This document shows, one piece after another, positions 8,161 through 15,812 of a DNA stretch of 15,813 bases (positions within the stretch are counted from its first letter, which is position 1; every line of letters begins with the position of its first letter). The stretch comes from Armatimonadota bacterium (GTDB lineage Bacteria; Armatimonadota; SYMT01). A program made the translations under genes and the position numbers. The notes under the pieces are model-generated. The model had not been told where the DNA came from. It saw only the letters and a program-made list of their open reading frames with translations, and made no database searches. Location: contig JBKBRF010000056.1 of NCBI GenBank assembly GCA_046292385.1, positions 1 through 15,813 of the forward strand, in the 5' to 3' direction.

Positions 8161-9621
8161 GTGACTGAAATGAATGTGCGTTTCAATCGAGCTTCCGCGC
8201 TGCGCGGCATGACCCGCCGCGAGTGGCTGCAGCGCATGGGCGGCGGGTTCGGAGCCCTCGCGCTGGCCGGCATCCTGGCGGAAGAAGCCGCCGCTGCGCC
8301 GCCAATCCGGTCGGCCGATCCGCTCGCTCCGCGAGCGCCCCACTTCCCCGCCCGCGCGAAACGGGTGATCTTTCTCTTTATGACGGGCGGAGTCTCTCAC
8401 GTGGAGTCGTTCGATCCGAAGCCGAAGCTCGCTGCGGACCACGGCAAGACGGTCACCATCGACAACTGGCAGGGACGTCCGGGCAATTACCGCTTCCATC
8501 TGAAGCGGCCCCACTTTGCCTTTCAACGGGGCGGCAAATCCGGAATCGACGTGAGCGATCTCTTCCCGCACGTCCGGGGAGTGGTGGATGACCTCTGCGT
8601 CCTCCGCTCGATGCAGACGGACCACACGAACCACTATGAGAGCACGCTCGGAATGCACACCGGCTCCTTCAACTTCGCCCGCCCCAGCCTCGGCGCGTGG
8701 GCGAGCTACGGTCTGGGGACCGAAAACCGGAATTTGCCGTCGTTCCTGGTAGTGGCCCCGGCGGCGCCGTATGCCGGCGCGCAGACCTGGGCGGCCGACT
8801 TCCTGCCGGGATGCCACCAGGGGACACACCTCGTCCCCGGCACGGCGCCGATCGCGAACCTGGCCCGTCGGTCCCTCACGCCGGAGCTGCAGGAGCTGGA
8901 GCTAGCGCGACTCGCGCGCGCCAACCGCCGGCACCTCCTGCAGCGTGGCGGCGATCCTGCCCTGGAGGCGCGGATCCGCTCTTTCGAGACCGCCTTCGGA
9001 ATGCAGGCTGCCGCGCCGGAAGTGTTCGACCTCTCGACGGAGAGCGACACCACCCTGGGACTCTACGGGCTGAAACGCGGCCAGACCACCGGATTCGGCT
9101 GGCAGTGCCTGATCGCCCGGCGCTTTGCGGAACGCGGGGTGCGATTCATCGAGTTGATCGACACCGGCTCATCCGGCAACGCAGAGCTCAACTTCAACTG
9201 GGACGCGCACGGCGATATCGATACGCACGTGCCGCTCGCCCGGAACGTGGACCAGCCCATCGCCGGGCTGATCACCGATCTGAAGCAGCGCGGCATGCTG
9301 GACGACACCCTGGTAGTCTGGACCACCGAGTTCGGTCGCACGCCCTATCATTCGGACCCGAACGCCCGCGGACGGGAGCACCATCACCAGGTCTTCTCCT
9401 CCTGGCTCGCGGGGGCCGGCGTCCGCGGAGGGACGATCTACGGGGCATCTGACGAGTATGGCATCGGCGTGGCGGAGAACGGAGTGCACGTGCACGATCT
9501 GCACGCCACCATCCTGCACCTGCTCGGGCTCGATCACGAGCGGCTGACCTTCCGTCACGCAGGCCGCGATTACCGGCTCACTGATGTTCACGGGCGCGTG
9601 GTGAAAGAGATCCTGACCTGA
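8161..9621 (+). CDS. DUF1501 domain protein (type usually paired with DUF1553), twin-arginine-like leader
   Basis: TRREWLQRMGGGFGALAL; PHFPARAKRVIFLFMTGGVSHVESFDPKP; YGLGTENRNLP; ARRFAERGVRF; WDAH; TEFGRTP; HVHDLHATILHLLGLDHERLT; RLTDVHG. Start uncertain (8161, 8170 or 8209). Confidence 0.92.
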   Translation: MTEMNVRFNRASALRGMTRREWLQRMGGGFGALALAGILAEEAAAAPPIRSADPLAPRAPHFPARAKRVIFLFMTGGVSHVESFDPKPKLAADHGKTVTIDNWQGRPGNYRFHLKRPHFAFQRGGKSGIDVSDLFPHVRGVVDDLCVLRSMQTDHTNHYESTLGMHTGSFNFARPSLGAWASYGLGTENRNLPSFLVVAPAAPYAGAQTWAADFLPGCHQGTHLVPGTAPIANLARRSLTPELQELELARLARANRRHLLQRGGDPALEARIRSFETAFGMQAAAPEVFDLSTESDTTLGLYGLKRGQTTGFGWQCLIARRFAERGVRFIELIDTGSSGNAELNFNWDAHGDIDTHVPLARNVDQPIAGLITDLKQRGMLDDTLVVWTTEFGRTPYHSDPNARGREHHHQVFSSWLAGAGVRGGTIYGASDEYGIGVAENGVHVHDLHATILHLLGLDHERLTFRHAGRDYRLTDVHGRVVKEILT

Positions 9622-9733
9622 CCTGTCTCGCACCGCTTACCGGAAACAGACCGCACGTTTGCCTGCGGCCCTGGCTGGGGAACATTCGCCGACGCCGGCC
9701 GGGGTTCGGAGCCGGCCCCGAGTGGAGACAACC

Positions 9734-9991
9734 GTGAACAGTGAGAAGATCGCCCGCCGCGCGCGGGTTGGGTATGCGTGTGTGGCCGCGCTCGGCTTGC
9801 TTGGCGCGGGCCTGCTCAGCGGCTGCGGCCCCACCGTCGTAGAGGCAGACCGGGATCCCGACACCACGATCGTGCAGCCGTCGAAGCCGGACACCGAAGT
9901 GGTCCCGGTCCCGGTCCCCGGTCCGCAGGGTCCGCAGGGGCCTGCCGGCCCGCAGGGGCCCGCGGGCGCCCCGGGCACGTCCGGCGGGTAG
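9734..9991 (+). CDS. Small lipoprotein (85 aa) with a collagen-like Gly-X-Y tail
   Basis: GGAG (9724-9727) before GTG 9734; basic n-region, hydrophobic h-region, lipobox LLSG-C; ends GPQGPQGPAGPQGPAGAPGTSGG. Confidence 0.75.
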   Translation: MNSEKIARRARVGYACVAALGLLGAGLLSGCGPTVVEADRDPDTTIVQPSKPDTEVVPVPVPGPQGPQGPAGPQGPAGAPGTSGG

Positions 9992-10004
9992 CCGGGCGCG
10001 CGGC

Positions 10005-10033
10005 GTTGAGGAGGCCCGGTGGGCCTCCTCAAC
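10005..10033. terminator. Perfect hairpin between convergent genes, probable terminator
   Basis: gttgaggaggccc-ggt-gggcctcctcaac, a 13-bp stem, between stops at 9991 (+) and 10044 (-). No U-tract on either strand. Confidence 0.6.
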
Positions 10034-10043
10034 CGACCGGAGC

Positions 10044-11063
10044 TCAGGCGGGGATCCCCTCCACGTAGCAGGTGGACGAGCGGGTCGGCACGATGCGGGT
10101 GAGCCGGAATCCGGCCCGGGAGAAGAGGGCGCGGAATTCTTCTTCGGTGCGCTCCCGGCCGCCGTGGGTCATCACCAGCATGTTCAGGTCCATCAGCTTG
10201 CTCGGGTGCGGATCGTTCCCGGCGGGGACCACCGTATCGAGCACCAGCAGCCGGCCGGCCGCCGGCAGCACCCGGCGGCAGCTCTCCAGAATCCGGACGC
10301 AGTGCTCGTCATCCCAGTCGTGGATGATGTGCTTCATCATGTAGACGTCGCCGCCGGCCGGCACCGCTTCGAAGAAGCTGCCGCTCTCCAGCCGCGCGCG
10401 CTCCGCCAGCTCTCCGCCGAGGAACCCGCGCTCCTTCGCACGCTGGATCACGTGGGGCAGGTCGAAGAGCACGCCGTGGAGCTGCGGGTGGAGGCGCAGC
10501 ACCGCCGCCAGCAAGCTGCCGTGACCGCCCGCGATGTCGACCACCGTCCTCACCTCGGAGAAGTCGTAGGCGGCGGCGATCCCCTCGGCGTCGGTCAGGT
10601 CGGTCATCGCCTGGTCGAAGACGGCGGCGGACTGCGGGTGACGCTCGAAGTACTCGAAGACGCCCATCCCGAAGGCGTGATCGAACGCCGGCTCGCCGGT
10701 CTGGATGCTGTGCTCCAGCTCTCCCCAGGCGCGGTAATGCTCCGGATCTCCGAGCATGATCACGGCGGAGCGCATCGACCCCGGCACTCCCTCCCGCAGC
10801 AGCTCGGCAAGCGGCGTCAGCTCGAACGTGCGCGGCTCCGTCTCCCGGAAGACGCCGAGGCTGGCGAGGGCACGGAGGAGGCGGTAGAGCGACGGCTCAT
10901 CCGCGCCAGTCCGCTCGGCGAGCTCCTGCGTGGAGCGCGGGCCGCCGGTCAGGTAGTCGGCCACTCCCAGGCGGGCGGCGGCATGCAGCGACTGTGACAC
11001 GAAGTAGCCGGAGGCCAGCTGCAGCATCTGCTGCGGCAGCGGAAGCGGTTCAGGTTGGGACAA
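10044..11063 (-). CDS. SAM-dependent O-methyltransferase (COMT/CrtF-like, dimerisation domain plus Methyltransf_2)
   Basis: AARLGVADYL...LYRLLRALASLGVF dimerisation domain; VVDIAGGHG motif I; LFDLP; GSFF; KHIIHDWDD; GGRERT. TTG 11063 lies 9 nt after GAGGA; ATG 11072 is an alternative. Confidence 0.92.
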   Translation of the reverse strand: MSQPEPLPLPQQMLQLASGYFVSQSLHAAARLGVADYLTGGPRSTQELAERTGADEPSLYRLLRALASLGVFRETEPRTFELTPLAELLREGVPGSMRSAVIMLGDPEHYRAWGELEHSIQTGEPAFDHAFGMGVFEYFERHPQSAAVFDQAMTDLTDAEGIAAAYDFSEVRTVVDIAGGHGSLLAAVLRLHPQLHGVLFDLPHVIQRAKERGFLGGELAERARLESGSFFEAVPAGGDVYMMKHIIHDWDDEHCVRILESCRRVLPAAGRLLVLDTVVPAGNDPHPSKLMDLNMLVMTHGGRERTEEEFRALFSRAGFRLTRIVPTRSSTCYVEGIPA

Positions 11064-11129
11064 CGGAATCATTCCTCGAAGCAGTAGAGTGGCACCTCCG
11101 CACCACGAGCGAGGTGCCGCCACCAAGGG

Positions 11130-11135
11130 AGTATA
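11130..11135 (-). promoter_or_regulatory. Putative -10 box (TATACT) for the methyltransferase
   Basis: agtata on + reads TATACT on -, about 65 nt upstream of the start. No consensus -35. Confidence 0.4.
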
Positions 11136-11191
11136 ACGTGCGGCCGGTACGGACGGTGCGGACGGGTCGAGGGACGGGGAGCGGGATCGCC

Positions 11192-11287
11192 GGAGAGTCG
11201 GAGTGGGCAGTCAACTGCCCGCGGTTGGAGAGACGGAGCGGGCAGTCAACTGCCCGCGGTTGGCGCTTCGGGAGTCAACTCCCGAAG
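11192..11287. repeat. REP-like palindrome cluster: two 35-bp tandem repeats plus a third variant hairpin
   Basis: ggagagtcggagtgggcagtcaactgcccgcggtt (11192-11226) and ggagagacggagcgggcagtcaactgcccgcggtt (11227-11261) differ at 2 positions. Third hairpin cttcgggag-tcaa-ctcccgaag (11266-11287). Confidence 0.8.
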
Positions 11288-11310
11288 ATCTGATGGTGCT
11301 GTGTACACGA

Positions 11311-11979
11311 TCAGGCGGTGGAGTCCCGGGGGAGATCCGCGGAGGGGCCTTCCGGCTGCTCTCGCTCGGAGGAGCGGGCGTGGCGGCGGAGGCGCTCGAG
11401 GTCCAGCTCGGCGGAAGGGGTGGTATCCGCCCGGAGCACCCGCGCCATCTTCTCCAGGGCCCGGCGGTTCTCTTCCGGGTCCTCGGAAGCGACGCAGTCG
11501 GACGGGACCATCAGCCGGTAGTCGCGCATGTAGGCGTCGCTGGCGGTGAAGAGCACGCAGATATCGCCCGCGAAGCCGGCGATGATCAGCGTCTTCACCT
11601 TCAGATAGGTGAGGAGCACGTCGAGCGTGCTGGAGAAGAAGCCGGAGTGCTTCGGCTTGAGGACGAAGTAGTCTTCCTCCGCCGGCAGCAGCATCCGGGC
11701 GATCTCCCGGCCGGGGGTTTCGGCCTCCAGGGTGTGGCGGATCAGGGCGCGGAAGTCGGAGCGCCACCGGCCGAAGTTGTCGTTCACGTAGACGACCGGT
11801 ATTCCCGCCGCCGCCACCCGTCGCTTCAGCTCCGCAATCCGCTCCGCCGACCGGACCGCGTGCGGCAGGAGGCGCTCGGCGCCGTCGAACTGCATGTCGT
11901 TGATCACGTCGAGCAGCACCAGCGCCACGTCGCAGGTGTCCGGCACCATGCCGTGCAGATCGTCATTACGGGCGGGCAA
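11311..11979 (-). CDS. Isochorismatase-family cysteine hydrolase
   Basis: Asp-Lys-Cys triad in ALVLLDVIND, LKPKHSGF and AGFAGDICV; DAYMRDY. GGAAGGAG precedes TTG 11979. Confidence 0.9.
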   Translation of the reverse strand: MPARNDDLHGMVPDTCDVALVLLDVINDMQFDGAERLLPHAVRSAERIAELKRRVAAAGIPVVYVNDNFGRWRSDFRALIRHTLEAETPGREIARMLLPAEEDYFVLKPKHSGFFSSTLDVLLTYLKVKTLIIAGFAGDICVLFTASDAYMRDYRLMVPSDCVASEDPEENRRALEKMARVLRADTTPSAELDLERLRRHARSSEREQPEGPSADLPRDSTA

Positions 11980-11997
11980 GCGTCGGTCTCCTTCCGA

Positions 11998-14900
11998 TCA
12001 GAGCGAGCGGCCGCGCTCGCGCCGGGCTCCGGCTCCGGGGACCCGCAGCAGCTCGTGCACCTTCTGCAGCAGCGTAGCCGGAGAGAACGGCTTTTGCACG
12101 AAGGCGACCTCGGAGGTGGAGATCCCGGCGCGCAGGAGCGCGTCGTCAGTATACCCGGAGATGTAGAGAATCTTGAGGGCCGGCCGCAGCCGGGCAGCCT
12201 GCTCCGCCAGCTGCCGCCCATTCATGCCCGGCATCACGACATCGGTAATCAGGAGGTCGATTGCCTGCTCCTCCCGGCCCAGCACGGTGAACGCCTCCTC
12301 GGCCCCGCGGCAGGAGATCACCGTGTACCCGGCATACTCCAGCACGTCTCGCAGCAGCCGGGCGACCATCTCCTCGTCTTCCACCACCAGCACGGTCTCG
12401 GTGCCGCGGGGCACCCGCGCCTCGCGCCGCGAGTCCTCGTCGCCAGGCGTCTCCCCAGCGACGGGGAAGAACAGCTCGAAGCGGGTCCCGGCGTCCTCCC
12501 GGCTGTGGAGCTCGATGTAGCCGCCGCTCTGGCGGACGATTCCGTAGACGGTAGCGAGACCGAGGCCCGTGCCCTCCCCCTGCGGCTTGGTGGTGAAGAA
12601 CGGCTCGAAGACGTGCGCCTGCACCTCCGCGCTCATCCCGCAGCCGGTATCCTCCACCTCCAGGCAGAGATACCGGCCGGGGGGCACCTCGCGAGACGGC
12701 CCGGACGGCTCCGGCTCGATCTTCACGGACCGGGTGCGGATGGCGAGCACCCCGCCTCCCGGCATGGCATCCCGGGAGTTGACCGCCAGGTTCATCAGCA
12801 CCTGTTCGATCTGGGTCGGATCCGCCTTCAGCGGCGGCAGACCGGCCGCCAGCTGCGTCTCCAGGCGGATGTCCTCGCCGATCAGCCGGCGGAGCATCTT
12901 GCTGATGCCGCCGACCACCTCGTTCAGGTCCAGGATGCGGGTCTCCAGCATCTGCTTGCGGCTGAAGGCGAGGAGCTGGCGCGTGAGGGCGGCCGCGCGC
13001 TCTCCGGCCCGGTGCACCTCCTCCAGCGAGTGCCGGATCGGACTGTCCGGGGGGAACTGCGGCAGCAGCAGGCTGCTGTAGCCGTTGATCACCGCCAGCA
13101 TGTTATTGAAGTCGTGCGCCACGCCGCCCGCGAGCCGGCCGATCGCCTCCATCTTCTGCGCCTGGCGCAGCTCCTGCTGAAGCTCGTGGTGCTGGGAGAC
13201 GTCCATCATCGCCCCGACGGCTCGCACCGGGCGTCCCTCTTCATCCCGCACGAAGAAGGCTCGGTCGAAGATGACGGCGTAGGTGCCGTCCTTGCGGCGG
13301 AACCGGTACTCGCCGCTCCAGGTGCGCGCGGTGCCGTAGAGCGCCGCCTCGTAGTGGCGGCAGGTGGTCTTCCGGTCCTCCGGGTGCAGGTGCTCCTTCC
13401 ACCATGTGTAGGTGTGGCCGACCTCCTCCGCCGTGTAGCCGAGCACCGTTTCTATCGCCTGGGTGAACTGCGTCGTGTCGGAATCGAGCTCCCGGCGCCA
13501 GAGGATATCTCGGGAAGCCTGGGCCACCAGCTGAAGCTGCTCCTGCCACCACTGGAGTCTCTGCTCCGCCTGCCGCTGCTCCGTCACGTCGACGCAGACG
13601 CCTACCGCGCGCCAGCGGCCCGGCGCCACGGCCTGCACCTGTACGTCTTCGCGCAGCCAGCGGAGCGCGCCGGTGGCGTCGCGGGCGCGGAACTCCTGCG
13701 TGTAGCTCTCCCCCGTCCGCATCCGCTCGTTGCCGTAGGAGGCGGTGCGGCGCTGGTCCTCTTCCGGGCGGCAGCGGAACCAGGCGTTGAAGTACGACTC
13801 TCCCGGCACCGCCTCCACCGGGAAAAATCGCTCCGCCGCCTCCAGGTCCGCACAGCGCATCCGCCACCAGAGCTCCTCGGCTCCCGTGTCCTCCACGTCG
13901 GCGTCCCAGATCAGGCAGTGCGCGTGGGTCATCACGTAGCGGAGCTGCTCCTCCGCCAGGCGCGCTTCGGTGATGTCGGTCAGCATCGAGAGCGAGCCGA
14001 GGTACTGCCCCTGCGCGTTCAGCAGCGGCGTGGCCCGGACCCGCACCCAGCCCTCGCGCCCATCGAGCCGCCGGAACCGAGTGTCGTACTCTTCCCGGAT
14101 CCCGGCCACCCTCCGCCGGCGCCGCTCTTCCGCGCCGTCATCCAGCAGGATCTCGGAAGCCGGGCGGCCCTCCAGCGCCACTTCCCCGGCCCCCAGCATT
14201 TCTTCCGCCTGCGGATTGGCGAACGTTACGACTTCCTCCGCATCGGTCGTGATGATCCCTTCGGAGGCGGTCTCCACGATGCGCCGGAAGCGCTCTTCGC
14301 TCAAGCGGAGCGCCTCCTCCGCCTGTTTCCGCTGGGTGATGTCGGTGCTGACACCCAGCGCCTCCCAGCGGCCCGGGCCCACCTGCTCCAGCTTCACGTC
14401 CGCCCGGAGCCACCGGAGCTCCCCGTCGGCGCGGCGGACGCGATACTCCAGCGCGTAGCCGGGGGCGCCGCTGCGAAGGGCTTCCAATCGGATCTGCACC
14501 GCCCGCTCCAGGTCCTCCGGGCACACGCTGGCGTAGAGCGCTTCGCTGTAGGTGCTCCCTGCCGGAATCTCGACCGGCAGGAACTCGCGCGCGGCCGCTT
14601 CATTCGAGATCGTGGGCCGGAATTGCATCCGCTCGCCGTCCCAGGCGATCTCGGCGCGCCAGAGGATGCAGTGGATCCCCGAGAGCACCCGCTGCAGCTC
14701 CTGCTCCGCGGCCACGCGCGAGGTGACGTCGCGCGTGTTGACAATGATGCCGCGCACCGCCGGGTCATGGAGCCGGTTGGTAGCAACCGACTCCAGGGAT
14801 CGCCAGGAGCCGTCCCGGTGCCGGAACCGGTAGACCGGAGCGGACACCGTCTCGTCGACGGTGTCCGCGACACAGCGCTCGAACAGCGCCTGTACCTGGG

Positions 14901-15501
14901 GGCGGTCTTCCGGATGGATCAGGGAGATGACGTTGACCCCGCAGAGCTCCTCCGGGCGGTATCCCAGGATCGTCTCGGACGCGGGGCTCTCGTAGAGAGC
15001 GATGCCGCTCGGATCGAGGATGCTGATCAGATCGCGCGCGTTCTCCGTCAGGGACCGGAACCGGCGCTCGCTGCGCTCCAGCTCCGCTTCCGCCTGCTTG
15101 CGCGCGGTGACGTCCTGAAAGATGATCGTGAGACCGAGGTACTCGCCGCTTTCACTCAGGACCGGCGCGCTGTAGCGGTCGAAGGTGCGCCCGTCACGCA
15201 AGTGGACCTCGTCGCGGCGGTGCTCGTGTGGAAGCTGGTAGCAGAGCTCGACACGACGCCGGAACTCGTCCGGATCGACCACCATGGAGAGCACCGCGTC
15301 GACGACCGCCTCGTCGCTGCCGGAGCGGAGCACCTCTTCCGGAATCCCCCACATCTCCGCGAAGCGCCGATTGTAGCTCAGCAGGGTGCGGTCCGGCGCT
15401 ACCACCAGGATGCCGTCCGGGCTGGCCTCGAACTGGGCCTGCAGGAGGGACTGCCGGTACTCCGCGCTCCCCCGCGCGTCGCTCCGCGCCGTGCTCTCCA
15501 T
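11998..15501 (-). CDS. Cytoplasmic hybrid sensor histidine kinase (6 PAS, HisKA, HATPase, REC)
   Basis: Six PAS/PAC units ending DVT/DVT/DIT/DIT/DVT/DVS; H-box QKMEAIGRLAGGVAHDFNN; NLAVNSRDAM, DTGCGM, FEPFFTTK, GTGLGL; receiver VLVVEDE...ITDVVMPGMNG...QKPF. No transmembrane segment seen. Confidence 0.95.
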   Translation of the reverse strand: MESTARSDARGSAEYRQSLLQAQFEASPDGILVVAPDRTLLSYNRRFAEMWGIPEEVLRSGSDEAVVDAVLSMVVDPDEFRRRVELCYQLPHEHRRDEVHLRDGRTFDRYSAPVLSESGEYLGLTIIFQDVTARKQAEAELERSERRFRSLTENARDLISILDPSGIALYESPASETILGYRPEELCGVNVISLIHPEDRPQVQALFERCVADTVDETVSAPVYRFRHRDGSWRSLESVATNRLHDPAVRGIIVNTRDVTSRVAAEQELQRVLSGIHCILWRAEIAWDGERMQFRPTISNEAAAREFLPVEIPAGSTYSEALYASVCPEDLERAVQIRLEALRSGAPGYALEYRVRRADGELRWLRADVKLEQVGPGRWEALGVSTDITQRKQAEEALRLSEERFRRIVETASEGIITTDAEEVVTFANPQAEEMLGAGEVALEGRPASEILLDDGAEERRRRRVAGIREEYDTRFRRLDGREGWVRVRATPLLNAQGQYLGSLSMLTDITEARLAEEQLRYVMTHAHCLIWDADVEDTGAEELWWRMRCADLEAAERFFPVEAVPGESYFNAWFRCRPEEDQRRTASYGNERMRTGESYTQEFRARDATGALRWLREDVQVQAVAPGRWRAVGVCVDVTEQRQAEQRLQWWQEQLQLVAQASRDILWRRELDSDTTQFTQAIETVLGYTAEEVGHTYTWWKEHLHPEDRKTTCRHYEAALYGTARTWSGEYRFRRKDGTYAVIFDRAFFVRDEEGRPVRAVGAMMDVSQHHELQQELRQAQKMEAIGRLAGGVAHDFNNMLAVINGYSSLLLPQFPPDSPIRHSLEEVHRAGERAAALTRQLLAFSRKQMLETRILDLNEVVGGISKMLRRLIGEDIRLETQLAAGLPPLKADPTQIEQVLMNLAVNSRDAMPGGGVLAIRTRSVKIEPEPSGPSREVPPGRYLCLEVEDTGCGMSAEVQAHVFEPFFTTKPQGEGTGLGLATVYGIVRQSGGYIELHSREDAGTRFELFFPVAGETPGDEDSRREARVPRGTETVLVVEDEEMVARLLRDVLEYAGYTVISCRGAEEAFTVLGREEQAIDLLITDVVMPGMNGRQLAEQAARLRPALKILYISGYTDDALLRAGISTSEVAFVQKPFSPATLLQKVHELLRVPGAGARRERGRSL

Positions 15502-15620
15502 CGATTGCCACCGCTTCCCCCCGCCTCAGAATGGGCAGGGACGAGTCATTTACTTTGCAGCGGTCTCATCTTCGCTAGAATCGGGAGGTTTGTCCACCGG
15601 GCCGCGCAAGGATCGGGCGG

Positions 15621-15812
15621 CTACGTGCCGGCGGAGGCGGCGCGGTCCGGGTTGGCGGCCTCCCAGAGGCGGCGGTCCCGGCTCTTGCGGCCGCGGCCGG
15701 AGAACGGCGGCTCCGCCTTGCCCCGCCACGCCTCCAGCTCCGCTTCGGAGAACGAGTCCCCGTTCGCGGCGGCGGGCGCTGGGGAGGGGGGGGGGAGCAG
15801 GGAGTGGGAGGG
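15621..15812 (-). CDS. 3' end of a CDS entering from beyond the window; Pro-rich linker and small C-terminal domain with an Lsr2-like RGR motif
   Basis: Manual translation: PSHSLLPPPSPAPAAANGDSFSEAELEAWRGKAEPPFSGRGRKSRDRRLWEAANPDRAASAGT-stop (TAG at 15623-15621). Nearly all codons end in G/C, as in the real genes here. Confidence 0.7.
   Translation of the reverse strand, partial: PSHSLLPPPSPAPAAANGDSFSEAELEAWRGKAEPPFSGRGRKSRDRRLWEAANPDRAASAGT

Noticed and set aside
11192..11287. Possible mini CRISPR array (35-bp palindromic repeats)
   Set aside because: Units are head-to-tail with no unique spacers, the third differs in sequence, and no cas genes are present.
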